Shown one piece after another: positions 25,826-40,979 of a stretch of 64,000 bases of DNA. Source of the DNA: Octopus vulgaris (taxonomy: Eukaryota). A program made the translations under genes and the position numbers. The DNA is taken from positions 150,350,001 to 150,414,000 of the forward strand of contig OX597814.1 in assembly GCA_951406725.2 (NCBI GenBank), in the 5' to 3' direction. How positions within the stretch are numbered: the first letter of the stretch is position 1; each line of letters begins with the position of its first letter. Under the pieces are notes generated by a model. That model was given only the letters and a program-made list of their open reading frames with translations. It did no database searches and was not told the origin of the DNA.

Positions 25826-26674
25826 TTAACTAATATTAAAATAGTAATGCTCCTTGCTCCTGAGAAAGAAGCAAATTACATAAAATCTCATTTTCAACTC
25901 ACGATAATATCTAGATAAGTGACTTAATATGAAATTATTATAATTTTGTCATAATTTATGAGCATCTTCGTCACATCCAAGAATGCCATTTAAAGCCATC
26001 TCTGTAAAGCATCTATGACAAAGCATTTCTAGGAGTACAGATTTAAATTCCATCAAGTTTAACCGATTACGAATAATGATGAGACCCAGCTGTTTTCAAC
26101 TGGTCAATAGCGAAATAATAACACTTCAAGTCCATTCACAAAGAAAATATGATGAATGGTCTCGTATATGGAAGATGTGATTTTATAAGCCTGGCATTTA
26201 TCGAACACGTATAAGAGTGGGTCCATCGAAGAAATAAAAGGATATTTCAGACAAGCTGTCACCTCTATGGTACATATCTTTCTCTTGCTTTCTCTTTCTA
26301 ATATTCTAATATATCTATTTATCAATATATGTGCAAGTAAATGTAGAGTAGTGCACATGCTATATGCAAACAATATGCACACAGAATTACGTACATTTAA
26401 ATATGAGAATATGTGCGCAATATAGAAGCACATAAAAGAGAAGGAGAGAGACGGAGAGAAAGATTACTCACAGATAAAAAGACAAACAGATAGATAGGTT
26501 AATCGATAGATTGCTAGACAGACCGACTAGCAAGCAGACAAAAATACAAAAGACAAAAAAGAATAATTAAAACGAAGTAGATCAATTTATATAGGTACAT
26601 AGACACAAGCACACACACACACATGCATATATATATATATATACAAGTACACACACATACTTATAGAGATAGAG

Positions 26675-26711
<37 letters not shown>

Positions 26712-28779
26712 CATACATACATACATACATACATACATAATACATACATACATACATACATACATACATACATACATACATAATTACATACATTAAGAGA
26801 TATATAATAAGTGAAAGAATTCTCCCAAAAGGTAAATCAAAATGAATCTATATTTTGCACTAATTACCTTATGTAATGCAAAGGATACACAATATTGGAA
26901 ATTGCTTTAAAGAACGCCTATACTTTCCGCAAACATGCAAAAGACGCTTGCACACGCATATACACACACACACAGAGGAAACTGAAATATCAGAATATTA
27001 AAGTTAATAAAAAAACATAATAAAACTAGGATTAAATATATTGAAAACTAGTTTCAGATTATCATTACCTGTAGAGCAGGAATAAAAAAGAGCCCTCTTC
27101 CCTAGTCATAAGTAAGTATGATTGGAAATTAGACTAACAATACATCCAAACTGCAATAAATCTATCTCATTTTCGCGAAATTGATTTACACACAAAAATA
27201 CCAAAATTTCCTTAGATATCAAGTTGATATAGGAAATACTACTATCAAATTGGTGTAGGGCATAGCGTGGGGTTTCGTTATTCATATATAGTAGACGTAT
27301 TGTTTACTGTTCATCATCTTCCTCAAATTTCCAAATTTACATCTTATGGTAAAAAGCAACGAATTTTGAGAGGGTTCCCTCTAACCCGTGTTCGTTATAC
27401 TTTTGTGTCCCGCAAGGTTTGACTTCCTTACTGTAATTTATACCAAAACATACAAATTCAAATGTTCCTAAGTTTCTCCATAATCTTTCTGCACACAGGC
27501 GTCATCCATATAGAGTTTGAAATCTTACACCAAAAATATAGAGAATCTATAAGCAGAGGCACTGATGGCATCCTTCAATGAAGACATGATGATTTAGTCT
27601 CATTCATAAACACATAAACTCAACTACATATGTAGCAAACGAACTTCATAAAATATGTATTCCACACCGACGTTTGCTTAACTTTGCTAACTAGCAAGGG
27701 AGCTTCTACAAGTTTGTTAATTAAACTAGAAATAGCAACGGAATATTCCTTAAACCAACCCGTTCAACTGAAACAAAATTGCATTGGATGACTGTAGCCA
27801 TGTATATACTAAGTAGAAGTTAAAATTATCAAGGCTGGAGCGCCTTTCAACATACGTTCGTCTACATGATCAGGGATGACCTTGGGTGAAAAAATCGCAC
27901 CTGTAAAACAAAGGGCACATTGGATAGCGTAGTATAAGATATACTATATAAAAAAATAGCCACAGCTGGGATAGTATATTCTGTCTGAATAAGAAGGCTG
28001 GATGACCATGGCGGAAGCCTCTTTTATCATAGGTACGTATCCATGATAAGAGATGACCAGCGGTCGAACAAGCCACACAATAGGGATACATTGGATAATA
28101 TAATCCAAATACATTTTGTCTGTTAATGGCTACTATTTAAATGCATTTATTTTATAAATCTGTTGTATTATACTTGGAATGAGAATACAACAAAAACAAT
28201 AAACTAGCGAAATTACTGGTGCTATCAATCTCTTATGAACGCGATCCAAACATTATAGAAAGCACAGAGACAGCAAAGGAAATTGTCTGAATTTAAAACA
28301 TGTTTTGAATTACAGAATCTTGTATCGACTTTTTAAATGGTTATCAACAGAGAAATAATGACGAAGTAGCATGTCATTCAAATTTTTGTAAGGAAGCATC
28401 ATGGCTAAAGTACAATGAATTATCAGCAACCTGTAATTAACCTGCTATGCAAATTTGACTCCAGTAACTCATTATCAATGTTAGTGGAATTTGTTTTTGT
28501 TGTCAGATTGGCAGAAACAGTAGAGCATCAGAAGAAATGCTGTCAGAGACGTTTTAGTTTGTCTTTTGTTTTTCATTTCTTTACTTTGATTTTTGTCTTC
28601 AAAATTTCGGGATCGATAAAATATGTACCAGTGAAACACTGGGGTCGATGCAATCAACTAGTCCCCACTCCACAGATTTCAAGCCATGTGCCTTTAGTAG
28701 AAAGGATTATTATTATTATTTCTATAGTTGCCATCTTTTATGGCAGGCCTGTGTGTAATTATGCCACAGTTCTTGCTCG

Positions 28780-29620
28780 CAGCTCAGTGACACAATACTA
28801 TCCTTATCACACGAGTCATTCCAGACACCTCAATCATTTGTGCAATCACTCAGGCATTGCATTCAAATTCTTTGAAATTGCTCAGAGTGCGCTCTTAACA
28901 AAAGGGACAGTTATGACTTGCTTGATGTAGTTCCCATATGCGGATCGCCAAATCCTGGGATTCTTTTACCTTCACTCTTTCAGAAATTTGAACATTTTAG
29001 TGAGCGGGAACAGCGATGTCTATGTTGACCCATTCATGTATATCTTTGTGCAAAATTAGGATATCGGGGCAATTATACTCTACAGGCTAGTCTGTAAAGA
29101 TGGTCATGTCACACAGATCTTCATTTGCTCATTCTCAACCAATGCCTGTGGAATGTGATCATATCACTTATCTGTGCACGGAAAATCGTATTTCTTGTAA
29201 AGTTTCCACTATACCCTAAGAGTAACCTTCATATGTCGCCATCTGTACACATTTTATGCTAATTGTGAGCAGCCATTGATAATGTGATATACACTTTCAG
29301 TGTCCTGCTCACATTTTCTCCACAATAGCTACTCTGACGTGTAGTTAATTGAGTACTTGACCTAAATATGTTCTCAAAGCCTGTTCTCAGGCTGCAAAGT
29401 TTATCTCTTTGGTCTCTTTCTTTAAATACCCATTCTGCAACCATCTCCATGATTCGGGTACAGCCAGCTTGTGTTTCTTGTGAAAACACTCAGTATATTG
29501 GCTTCTATTTTCGTAAAGCCACCTTCTCCTCAAGCATCCATTTCTTAAATCACCCAAATATTCTGTCTCTGCTAGTACATTCTCATGCAGAGTTGCCTTT
29601 TAACTTCCACTTGTGACATG
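28780..29620 (-). mobile_element. R4/Dong-like non-LTR retrotransposon 3' fragment (CCHC knuckle + restriction-like endonuclease)
   Basis: Minus-strand peptides ETKEINFAA*EQALRT; CEQDTESVYHIINGCSQLA..RH; YNCPDILIL..IDIAVP..K..QDLA (PD-D-K REL motif). Confidence 0.75.
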
Positions 29621-29699
29621 ACTATAAATACGCATAAGATGAAATGTATATATATCGTATACATTCCTCCAAAATCAACCCTCTTCTTCTTATTATTAA

Positions 29700-30010
29700 G
29701 GCGGTGAGCTGTTAGAATAGTTAGCACACCGGGTAAAATGTCTAGCGGTGTTTAGTCTGTCATTGCACGTTCTGAGTTTAAAGGTTGATTTCGCCTTTCA
29801 TCCTTTCGTGGTCGATAAACGAAGTACCAGTTTTCAACTGGGGTCGACGTACTCGATTTACCTTTCCCTTCAAACTTGCTAGCATTGTATCAACATTTGA
29901 AATTATCATTATGATTATTAAGACGCCAAGCTCACAGAGTCGTTAGCACGCAGGACAAAGCATTTGACATCCATCCGTCTTTATATTCTAAGTTCTAATT
30001 CGATTTTGTC
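29700..30010 (+). mobile_element. SINE family B, two degenerate copies
   Basis: GGCGGTGAGCTG..GCCTTTCATCCTTTCGTGGTCGATAAA, with a second head at ~29920. Confidence 0.7.
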
Positions 30011-30715
30011 TTATTTGAAACAAATGTTAATGTTCACTCTAATGTGAAGACCAAACACAGTAAAAGTATTCGTTAAATTCTTCTGAATCTAAGTTTAGTC
30101 CATTAGATGGGTATAACATGATCAGAACCTCAGCTCAATGAAGATCTAACTCTAAATGATAGTAGTGAAAATTATAAAAACTTATTAACTTCTGCTCATA
30201 GTTGATTGATACATTTGACCTATAAGAAATTGTCATGGGAAAGTAATAGTTTTCGGATATTCGTTAGAATGTTTAAAACGTTATCACTAATTTCAGTGAA
30301 TGAACTACTGCACGTTAAAGCTTTTAAAAGTATTCGTTTTGTAATGGGGAAATAAAACTCCACTGTATTAAACTGAGTGAATTTACAATAATGTTTATCT
30401 CGTGAGCAATTGAACCATATGGCACCGAATTACCTTTGTTGCATAAAGGTAAGACGCTAACTTGTTGATATTTAAATCAAAATGGAACCTAAAGTACCAC
30501 TGCTAATTTTATGTAATTCACTTTACGTAGGATTAGTGATGACGCATGGAGTTAGATAAACAAATTACCCTATGTGGACTTTGAGAGTTATATAGCATTG
30601 ACACTTTGGTAGACATTCAATTCTGATATCTATTTTAGGTTCTGGCAGAGCTTTTACGTTGATCTTGTGGTATGTGTTAAAATGTGCTTCATTTAGTAAT
30701 TGTAAATAAATAAAC

Positions 30716-33700
30716 CAGTTTTGAAAATTTTTGAATCTAGCATTTAGCAGGGAAAATAGCAGGTTTAAATTATTATTTAGCATTTCTTCTTAGCATTTCT
30801 CCCTGATCATGACATTTCCACAATAGTTACCTTTTTCTTCTTTTTCCTCCTTTTCTACATTCATTAATGTATCTTATAACCAAATTTTAGTATTATCGAT
30901 TATTGTTGAATTTTTCTTTCCCTTTCTTGAAATTTCAAATGAAAGTTTATCAAGAGGAAGTTTATCAAGTTATGAACTTTTCCAGCCCCTCCCCCGGCTT
31001 GGATACAGATTGGGGGGGGGGGGATGAGAAGATAACTCATGTCAGCAATGCAAATATGTTGCAAAGAGTGAAAGCATGGAAATTCGTCCTAAAATGCTTT
31101 ATTCTGTAATAATGAGTTTTTATCATAACAGATTGACTGATTTACCTTCAGTTTGACTGTTTTAAAATAGGCCTGCGTTTTTTCAGGCTTGTTTTGGATC
31201 ATATATCTTGTATAGAAGTACGGGGGTGGCGTGGTCTTCCCCTTTATATTTCTACTTACTTTTTTTTTTCAAGTATTGTAGTTATATTTGTAGTTTTACC
31301 GTAGATATTAAATGTAAGATTGGAAGCGAAATGTGATGTTCCCTGGTTTATATCAGAACACAGCTTTAGGATTTCTGCATATTTTACGTTTCCTTTTATA
31401 AGTTGGCCACCTTGCATCCTGAATCAGTATTCTTCACCCCAAGAATTTGTAATCAGCAAACATAAGACTTGTTAATGACGAATGAAAGAATCGTTAGCGG
31501 CAAACTGATAAGTTGTGTTTTCAATTTTATATTTTTATCAATCATTCAATTTATTTTCTTGCTTCCAACTACATTATTATGAGCAGAGAAAAAATAAAGT
31601 TGTATCAGAAAAAATTCCAAACGGAATGGTTTAAAATGCCAGGGTTTACTAAGTGGTTGTGTGATGTACCTAGTAACTAATCTAAAGCACATTGCAGATG
31701 TAGTAGATGTAATATGTTGGCAAAATATTCTCTTTTAGTAAGCCACTGTGAAGCAAAGAAACATAAGGCATCAACTCCACAGCAAATGATTCCTCTTACC
31801 AATTTTATTAAAAACAAAAATTTATAAGGCATCTGTGCTTGAAACAAATTTAGCAATGCTTATTTGTTGCCACTCATCATTTAACAAGCTGTGATCACTT
31901 AATAGAGATATGTAAGATTTAAATGTCTGATAGTGATATTATATCCAAAGTGAAGTTGCATCTTACAAAATGTTCAAATAATGTGAGCTCCATATTTTGA
32001 TGGAGATTTGATTTCTGATATAGGAGATAGAAAATTTAGCCAATGATATATCGATAAACAAGTTGTTAGGAATTGTGATCATATATTATAGTGACAATCA
32101 CAAAAATGTGGTACATACGTATCTCAGTATGGTATCTTTAGAAATATGCGATACAGATGGCATTGTAGATACCTTAAAAATTGAATTAGTGAAAAAGAAA
32201 TTAGAAATAAAAAAAATTACTGGCTATAGGAACCGACAATGCTAGAGAAATGATAGGAGTCAACGATGGTGTGTTCCAGAAATTAAAATAAGTTCCATCA
32301 TCACTTCTATTTAGATGTGTATGTCGTTCTTTACCGTTGGCAGCATCCCACACTTGTGCTGAATGCTTGCCCATAAATTTAGAATTTTTAGTATCCGAAA
32401 CCGATAAATGGTTCCCTCATTCTTCAACAAGACAGAATGCCTACAAACAACTTTACCCTGCTGTGATAAAGCGCCTTTGAAGATCGGGAATTCTTGTACA
32501 ACTAGGTGGCTGTCAATAGAACCAGCGGTAAATAGAATTTTAAGCCATAGATTTGAAAAGCAAACTCACTTCCAAACTACAACCACAAATGAAAAATGCA
32601 TTACAGCACAAACGTTACATGAAATGTTTTGTAATTCTAGGAATGAACTTTACCTTTTATTTTTGTATCCAATTTTAAAACATTTTCAGGTAGTGAATAA
32701 ACTGTTTGAATCAAACACTGTCGACAAAAGAAAATTACTTGAAGAACGTACAAATTTGATCAAATTTGTTGCTAATATGATAGTGTTACCAGCATGTAGA
32801 ATTGATCCTCTTGATCTGGATGGTTCTATTGAAAAAATTCTGGATCCTAAATCAAATTTAGGCTACAGGTTCGAGAGAAAGATAGCAGAAAAGATTACCA
32901 AGAAGACTGTAGCAACCACCGAAGGAAATAGTATTCGCAAATGAGCACGACAATTTTTACTCTGCTTTCATAAAGAGCTCAAGCACCGTTTGCCAGGAAA
33001 TATTAATATACTGAGGAATATCAAATGTTTTTCAGTAGAGAATATTTTGCAGCATTTCAAAGAGCCAATTTTACCTGTCTTAGAAGCAAGGCATTTAAAT
33101 GAAGAAAATATTGCTTCAATTGAAATTCTGTTTAATAGCCTTCATTTAGTTGTCTAATACTGAAGCATTCTGTCTGGAAGTCTTGGAATATAAAGGTGCT
33201 ACTGGAGGAAATCCCTTTAGAGATGTTGCAAATTTTGCCATTAATCTATTGACAATGCCAAACTCAAATGCAGAAGTTGAACGGTTTCTCAGTAGTATGG
33301 GTGTAATCAAATCAAAATTAAAAAAACGAAATGCATCTTCCTGTGCTTAGATCAATACTGTCAATAAAATATGGCCTGAAAAGATATAGCAAATGTTGCA
33401 AGACTTCGATATTCCAAAATACATAATTAACAATACTGAGTCCTTGAATATATACAGAAATCAAGACTTAGGCACTGCAGCTAAAAGTGATCAAATCAGT
33501 GAAATTTAAGAAATTATTTCTCAATGAAATATAATTAAAGAAAGTAAATGAAAATGTAAATGAAATATAATTAAAGAAAGTAAATAAAAAGGTAAATAAA
33601 AATCAAACTTTTTGATATAATTAGTATTTAGCAATTTTCTTTTTGCATATTTAGCACTTTGTAGCATTTTTTAGTATTTTTTCTACTGAAATTTAGCATA

Positions 33701-33728
33701 AAATTGTGATTTTGAGTTGGCAACACTT
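30716..33728 (+). mobile_element. hAT-superfamily DNA transposon relic
   Basis: Right TIR GTTGGCAACACT at 33716-33727. A possible degenerate left TIR CAGTTTTGAAAA lies at 30716. TTTAGCA-type subterminal repeats occur near both ends. The left boundary is uncertain and no TSD is recognisable. Confidence 0.65.
31579..33510 (+). pseudogene. hAT transposase pseudogene
   Basis: N-terminal Zn-finger-like HCRCSRC..HCEAKKH; KLHLTKC; IGTDNAREMIG (catalytic D); CVCRSL (cf. CxxH); TRWLS; C-terminal dimerisation motif PNSNAEVERFLSSM. Many stops and frameshifts. Confidence 0.85.
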
Positions 33729-33771
33729 TAACTGATACATAAATATCTTATTAGACGCGTGCGCAATATAG

Positions 33772-33802
<31 letters not shown>

Positions 33803-34130
33803 CACCAAGCATCAAGCTAACATATTTCTTGTGCACGTCCTCGCATTTGCCACTGTTGAGTTTCAAGCGCGATGCTGGTCGTCAGCCATTTTGAATTTGA
33901 ATGATAAAAGCTGATTGTTATTACAATGAAGGTTACGCGGTGTCGTGGTTTGATGTTGGTATATGAGTAACGCTTAGTTGGACATTACTACATGGCGAAC
34001 ATGAAATTGACCACGTGTTGTAGGGGGAGTAAGAAGGGGCGGCATGTGTAATATATGTATATATATATATATAATTAATATATATATATATACACATATA
34101 TATTTGTATACATATATAGACACACACATC

Positions 34131-34166
<36 letters not shown>

Positions 34167-35599
34167 ATACATACATACATATATAAATATGTTGAAGGAC
34201 ACTAAAGTAAGCGTGGTATGTACAGGCACCAAACAGTGCACAGATAAAGCTGAAACTTAAACCAGTGCAGATAGTTCCGTTGTTATTATGTGGATTATAA
34301 GAACAATTTTTATTGCGCAGTTATGGAAATAAAAATATGTAGATAAACAAAAGTAGGCATAAGGTGTGTTTTTACATGGAAATGTGAGAATAGAAATATA
34401 AAATGAATGATGTAATCAGGTATTATCTTTACACACAGTAATTGAATTACCAATGACTGGTGACATAAACGTTTATATTATATAATAAAGTCCAATGATA
34501 TTGTGAGCGTATGAATTAGAGATTTGTGATGAGAAATCGTGTTACTCGCATCTGAAACAGCTGCAAAGATAAATTTTTTATTACATCATTCATTTATTTG
34601 CATATATACATTTCTAGGTAACTTCATCCTTTAGACCTACTGTGTTTTTCTGCGTTATATATTTCATACCATTATCAAATAAGTACATTATGGACCTTAA
34701 ATTCACATTCTAAGAGAAGCCCTCCACTTTCCGTTCAGTTGTGGATTGTTCAATGACTTCTATCTAGCTTCTGCTATAGAAAGCTGGTCATCTAAACAAC
34801 GATCCTTATGTTAGTCACCACCACCACCATCATCATCGTCGTAATCATCCTCCTCCTCCTCATCATCATAATCACCAATGTAATTTTGTTGCTGTTATCA
34901 CTATCGTTGTTGCAGTTGTTATTGCCATTGTTATTCAACAGTCTCATTTTTATTGCGGCTTTTCGCTGCCCTAGCTAAACAGCTCTGTGAGCTTTAGATA
35001 TGTAAAGTGTTTCCTTTGGCTACTTTTACAGTAACGAATATGCCTTATGACATATATGTAGCACATAGTAGTGCTGTATTCTGAATAGTAGTACTGTATT
35101 CTGCATGTCATTTTTTGAAATGAGAACCTGGTTATGTATTAGTATGTATATTGCTTTAACATTCCTAGGGCACCCGTTGTTCTTTCCCTTGTAATATTTC
35201 CCAACAATATCTGACATTATAACACGATCTTTCTCAGTGTGTGTATATTCCAGAGCATGCCCGTATTGTCGTTCTCGATAATGTTTTATCGTGAATTTTT
35301 TCTGCCGATATTATATAATGCTAGCATAGCCTACACTGTAAGTCTCAACTTTGTCATGTCTCTGGTTTAATTATTACTTGATTAAGACTGGGATCTCAGA
35401 GACAATGCAATTAATACTTTTTTATCCAACTCCGTATATTCTGCAGTCACTCACTGTTTTCTGCTTTGCGTCCTAATGATCATAACTGTACAGTCATTAG
35501 CCACGGGAGCTCACAAAAAAAAAACCGATGTCATAACGACAAAACTGCAAGATCAAAGAGAGGGTTTTATGCGTAAACAAAATATAAATAAAAGATAGA

Positions 35600-36180
35600 C
35601 TGACCACTCTACTCGTTACTTTGTCCCAGTTATTGCACACCAGAAGATCTGGATCAAACCAGACCCCGAGCAATTTAAACGATCCTCCTAGCACTCCATG
35701 ACGCTGTTGGACGAAAGAGACCAGCCTCTCAAGGCGCCGAGCTACACGATCACCAACTTTTCCTAGTTAATTCCCACCACGTCATGATGTAACTTAGAGC
35801 GATGCTAACACTATTACGGGGATGTCATCTGCAATTTTCAATACAAATTTTCTGTATCCTGGTTTGCGTAGGATGATCTTCAATGTCTAATTTCTGCAGC
35901 AGCGGCTCAAGAATCAGTACATAAAAAAGCGACAAGAGAGGGCCACTTTGTCTGAAAAAGCAAGTGATACTGGATAGTTCCAGTAGGCAGCCATCTATCG
36001 AACACCAATTAGATATCACTGTACGCGCTGGCAATCTACCTATAGAAAATGGAATTGAAACAGGTTTATGAGGAGCTGTTATGAAGACAGATTCCATGTA
36101 TCGGTGGTCAATCTTATTGAAAGCTTTCGATTGATACAAGTTGATTAGGTTCTTACTCGTGCCACGTCCTTCAATACGTA
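35600..36180 (-). mobile_element. L1/Tx1-like LINE reverse-transcriptase fragment
   Basis: QSKAFNKIDHRY (cf. DQxKAFDRVDH); RQSGPLLSLFYVLILEPLLQKL (cf. RQGCPLSPLLY..EP); KLLGVWFDPDL..NWDKV. Confidence 0.75.
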
Positions 36181-36379
36181 GTATCGCGTTAACTTATTTT
36201 AATTAACTTTCCACTAATAACAAATTCTAATTAACCTTTGACCAATAATATTTTAAAGTATTTTATTTTATTTTGTAAAATATTCTAGTTGATTTAATTA
36301 TCATCCATCATTCACCAGTTACAATCAGCAGTATCAGTGACAGCTGCTACCGAATGAACAAGACGCACACAATGAGACA

Positions 36380-36396
36380 AACTACTACTACTACTA

Positions 36397-36463
<67 letters not shown>

Positions 36464-36471
36464 AACTACTA

Positions 36472-36509
<38 letters not shown>

Positions 36510-36546
36510 TCTACTACTACTACTGCTGCTACTACTGCTTCTGCTG

Positions 36547-36603
<57 letters not shown>
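36380..36603. repeat. (ACT)n/(GCT)n trinucleotide microsatellite
   Basis: Directly visible. Source of the poly-Thr and poly-Ser ORFs. Confidence 0.95.
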
Positions 36604-38888
36604 TGCATTGTTATTTGAGTGCAGAATTCACAATCTTTTACAGGTTTTCGTTTTCCTATGGGTCCAAATGAAGCCTGCTGTGTAATTTCACAGGACTGTA
36701 AAAGTTTAAAATTGTTGACTTTCCATGGGCATTTGATCTCGTAAAAACTCAAGCCCTTCATGCATGGCAGTGTGCTGAAGAAGTTCGCTTTGCAATGATA
36801 ATTACCTTCTATACGTAGAGTGAATTAAAGTCTTCCAAGTGATGTATGGTAGACAGAAACTGTGCGGAAGATATGGTGAATGAGGTGTAAAGCGATCTTC
36901 TCTAATACACAACCAGACTTCGGTTAGCAGTGCATGCATAAGGATATAAAAAAATAATTAATCCACTGTGAATCAGCCTTCGATAAAATTAAGAAAATTT
37001 TGAGAATTAAATACGGTTTTTAATGAAAATTAAATTTTTATCACATTCAGTATTTTAAGAAAGAATAGGGGAAGCTAAATTATTTTATTTCGTTAACAAC
37101 GGCAAAAAGTAGTCCATGTAATCTGATAACCTTCTCAGTATAGCGTCCAAAGTTTCATAAAAGTCATGTGGAGTTATTGATTAAACTAAATGTTATCCTT
37201 AAATGCCAGATTATTATAAAAGATAAACAGCTTTGCTTTACAAAAAGGAACAGCAATGAAAATGCGCATAATTCGATTTCCATTAATATTTAAAATTTCT
37301 TGTTGCTTAATTTTCTTTTCTGCTAAAACAGTGATTATATTTTTGTGTCTATCAACATAGAAGTTTAAAACTATGAAACGTGGGTGTAAATTAAAGCATT
37401 CTAAAGTAAAATGTAGTTAGATATTGATGAAATATCTAATTCTCAGTACAAGTATTTGGATATTATGATATCGATAGTTAGTATTTATATTTCTGTAGAA
37501 TGTTCTGTATTGAATATTCCTAAATTAAACACTGATATTAACAACAAACTTAATCACTATTCATACATAACAAAGTACAATATGTATCGGACATATATCG
37601 ATTTTGTCTATATCGCAAAGATGAAGCATAATCACTTTGAATACTTGATGCAACCTTTGTCCTCTTGAAAAGCTAGCTGTTCAAAGAAATTATTTTGCGA
37701 GTGATAGTATAGTATTCCTTGTAAATAACACAATTTCACTATTACTGAACATGGTTATTAAAATAAGTTGCAGCGTCTTCATCCGAAATTATCGGAGTTT
37801 ATTTAATAAACTTCATTAAGTGGTGAAGACATTAGATATACGCAGTGCCAAAATTACAGTAGGATCATTCTTGGCACAATCTTTCAGCGGTTGCATGACT
37901 TTATATAGTGTATTGTAATTAAAGAAAATTAGAATACTAGCCATAATTCTACTTCTTGGAATATGAAAGACAAAGTACAAATTTCAAAGAATTGTCTTTT
38001 AATATCGATTTCTAGCATGGTCAGAAAGACTCAAATTTTGAGGAAATATAGAGTTGGCAGACCCCGCTCAATGTAGGTAGACACCCACTCAAGCGCAGCA
38101 GGGGACCCCAACGGCGGACCCGGGGCAAACTGGCCGCGCATCAGGACTCCTACTTTCGGTGACCGCAGTCACCTACCCAGAACCTAATCCTAACGCTTAG
38201 CAACCTTATCCTGGTACTTAACTTGTACTTTACAGGGGAAAATGCTGGTAAAGTTGAGCTCGGGGTGAGGTCTGAACTGAGAACCAAAAGGACAGCGACT
38301 AAATACCACAAGACACTGTATTCGACGTGCGAACGATCCTGCAATTCATATGTAACGAAGTAATGAAGCAGTTACGTTTTACCATCAAGTATATCCGCAT
38401 CATCAGTCGGTTTATCTGTGAGGTTTGCTACAGCATCCCATTCGTTTTTTGTTTTATTCATTAATTTAGGCTAATATGAATAAAGAAATATTGTTCAAGG
38501 AGTCTGAATGACACTTTAAGAGGAATGGAAAACTGATATTTTTCATCTCTCGAAAGTTTCAGCAAGAACAAAGACAGAAAATCTATTACATTTATATATA
38601 TTTACTTATATAATATTATGTTATATTATATTTTATACTTTAACAAATGTATCATGTATCATTGGTATAAGATTTCCAACAATTGATTTAAAATTTATTA
38701 ATGAAGAGAGTGGGGAGCGTCATTATATATCGAGCAAATCAAATGCGAAAAGGTGTTATAGTTGAAGCAACCGATTTTCTTGGATTCGTTTCAAGCTTTC
38801 GCATATATATATATATATGTATGAGTGTGTGTATATGATTCACACATTTATATACTACATATATTTATACTATAGTTTATATTATATA

Positions 38889-38927
<39 letters not shown>

Positions 38928-38929
<2 letters not shown>

Positions 38930-40088
38930 GACCTCTTCAGTGCAAACCGAGTTGTCCAGGAAAACGCGCAATCCTCCACATCCAGCAGTAGCCAATGTGA
39001 ATGGAACTAGACGAACTTGTAACACTGGAAGAGACCACAGTTGCCATAGGCCGGCTGAAGAGTAGAAAGGCAGCAAGAGTCGAAGGCACACCACCAAAGA
39101 TATGAATGCATGGGGATCCTGTCCTACATGCTAAACTCCACAAGCTACTCTTTGCATGCTGGGAACAAGGAAGCCACGACAAGGTCTCCGCGATGCTGTC
39201 ATCATTACACTATACAAAAACAAAGGCGAAAAGTCAGACTGCTCAAACTATTGGGGAATCACCCTGCTTTTCACTGCAGGAAAAGTTACTCCTCAACAGA
39301 CTTGTTCTGTCCATCACCGAAAATTTTCTTACAGAAAGCTAATGTGGTTTCGGAGCCAACAAGAGCACAAAAGAAATGGTTTTCGCTCTCAGGCAACTGA
39401 AAGAAAAGTACTGGGAGCAAAACAAACTACTTTAAGTAACATTTGTCGACCTGACGAAAGCGTTCGACACTGTTAGCAGGAAAGGTTTGTGGCATATCCT
39501 AAACCGACTTGGCTGTCCCCCAAAATTCCTAACCATGATCATCTAGCTTCACGAAGACCAACAAGGACAAACCCGCCTAAATAGCAACATATCAGAGCCA
39601 TTCCCCATCAACAACGGCGTGAAGCAGGGGTGTGTCCTGGCACCAACCCACTTCAGTATCTTCTTCAGCATGATGCTCTAGTAAGCCATTTCAGATCTTG
39701 AGGCTGATGACAGCGTCTACATCAGGTACATGGCAGTTTTATCAACGTCCGATGCCTAGAGGTCCACACCAAGAATCAACAGCAACTGATAGAGGACCTC
39801 TTCTTTACAGACGATACCGCATCTGTCGCACACAGAAAGAGCCCTCTGCAGCACCAGGTCTTCGGGCTGGAATTAAACTTGAGAAATACCGATGTCCTGT
39901 ATCAACAAGCTCTTCAAGAAGAGTACAGCCCGTCCCACATCACCATTGCTGAAACAGAACTGACGTCGGTACATCAGTTCACTTATCTTGGATATATCAT
40001 CTCATCAGTTTGAGTACCAACAAAAAACAGACTTGCAAAGGCAAACAAGCGTTTGACAGACTGTACAAGCGTGCGTGGAACAATAAAC
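38928..40088 (+). mobile_element. RTE-clade (BovB-like) LINE reverse-transcriptase fragment
   Basis: RDAVIITLYKNKGEKSDCSNYWGITLL; FVDLTKAFDTVSRKGLWHILNRLGCPPKF; NGVKQGCVLAPTHFSIFFSMM. Contains stops and frameshifts and is truncated at both ends. Confidence 0.9.
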
Positions 40089-40206
40089 TAATACATCTGT
40101 TTGTTGTTTACACACCTGTCTTCGTCTTTTTTTGTTTTAGTAAATTCTCATAATATATATATATATATATATATGCATATTTATATATCTCTGTACGTAT
40201 GCATAC

Positions 40207-40279
<73 letters not shown>

Positions 40280-40561
40280 CGGATATATTTCTATATACAG
40301 TGTAAATATGCTTGTATGTATATCAACAAAAGTTCTAAGATCGGTGAGAAAAGTGATTAATCATTCCTCGCCCGTCAGTTAATTCCATGTGGCTGATAGG
40401 TTTATACTGTTGACATTTATTTTTTCAACAATATATACATAATGATGTAACCCTTAATAATTCATAACGCATGTAGATATTCGTAAAGATAGTGAAATTA
40501 CAAAGCTAATTCTAACTGCTTTTTATCCAGCCAAGCATCCTAAATATCTTACTACGTCTAA

Positions 40562-40692
<131 letters not shown>

Positions 40693-40786
40693 TATGTATC
40701 TATCCGTATCTATATTTACGCACATATATATACATACATATATTTATAAATATATATATAAATTTAATATTTTAAAAATAAAAATG

Positions 40787-40851
<65 letters not shown>

Positions 40852-40979
40852 TTATATATGCATGCATGTATGTATGCTACAACGTCATACGCACGATACA
40901 CATTTGCATATACGTACGCGCATATATACAAGAACATATTTTTACGTGCAGACTTTCAAAGATAATAAAATTGTAAATT

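Noticed and set aside
26070-26118. ATGATGA + hairpin + GAAAT as a hammerhead (also CTGATG-GAAAC at 57866 and CTGACGA at ~62329)
   Set aside because: Core spacing is wrong or stems are missing, so these are compatible with chance.
30708-33736. 8-bp TSD around the hAT relic
   Set aside because: The flanks (AAATAAAC versus TAACTGAT) do not match, so the left end remains tentative.
36312-36761. Poly-Ser and poly-Thr ORFs resembling mucins
   Set aside because: They arise from a pure (ACT)n microsatellite, with no signal peptide or supporting domain.
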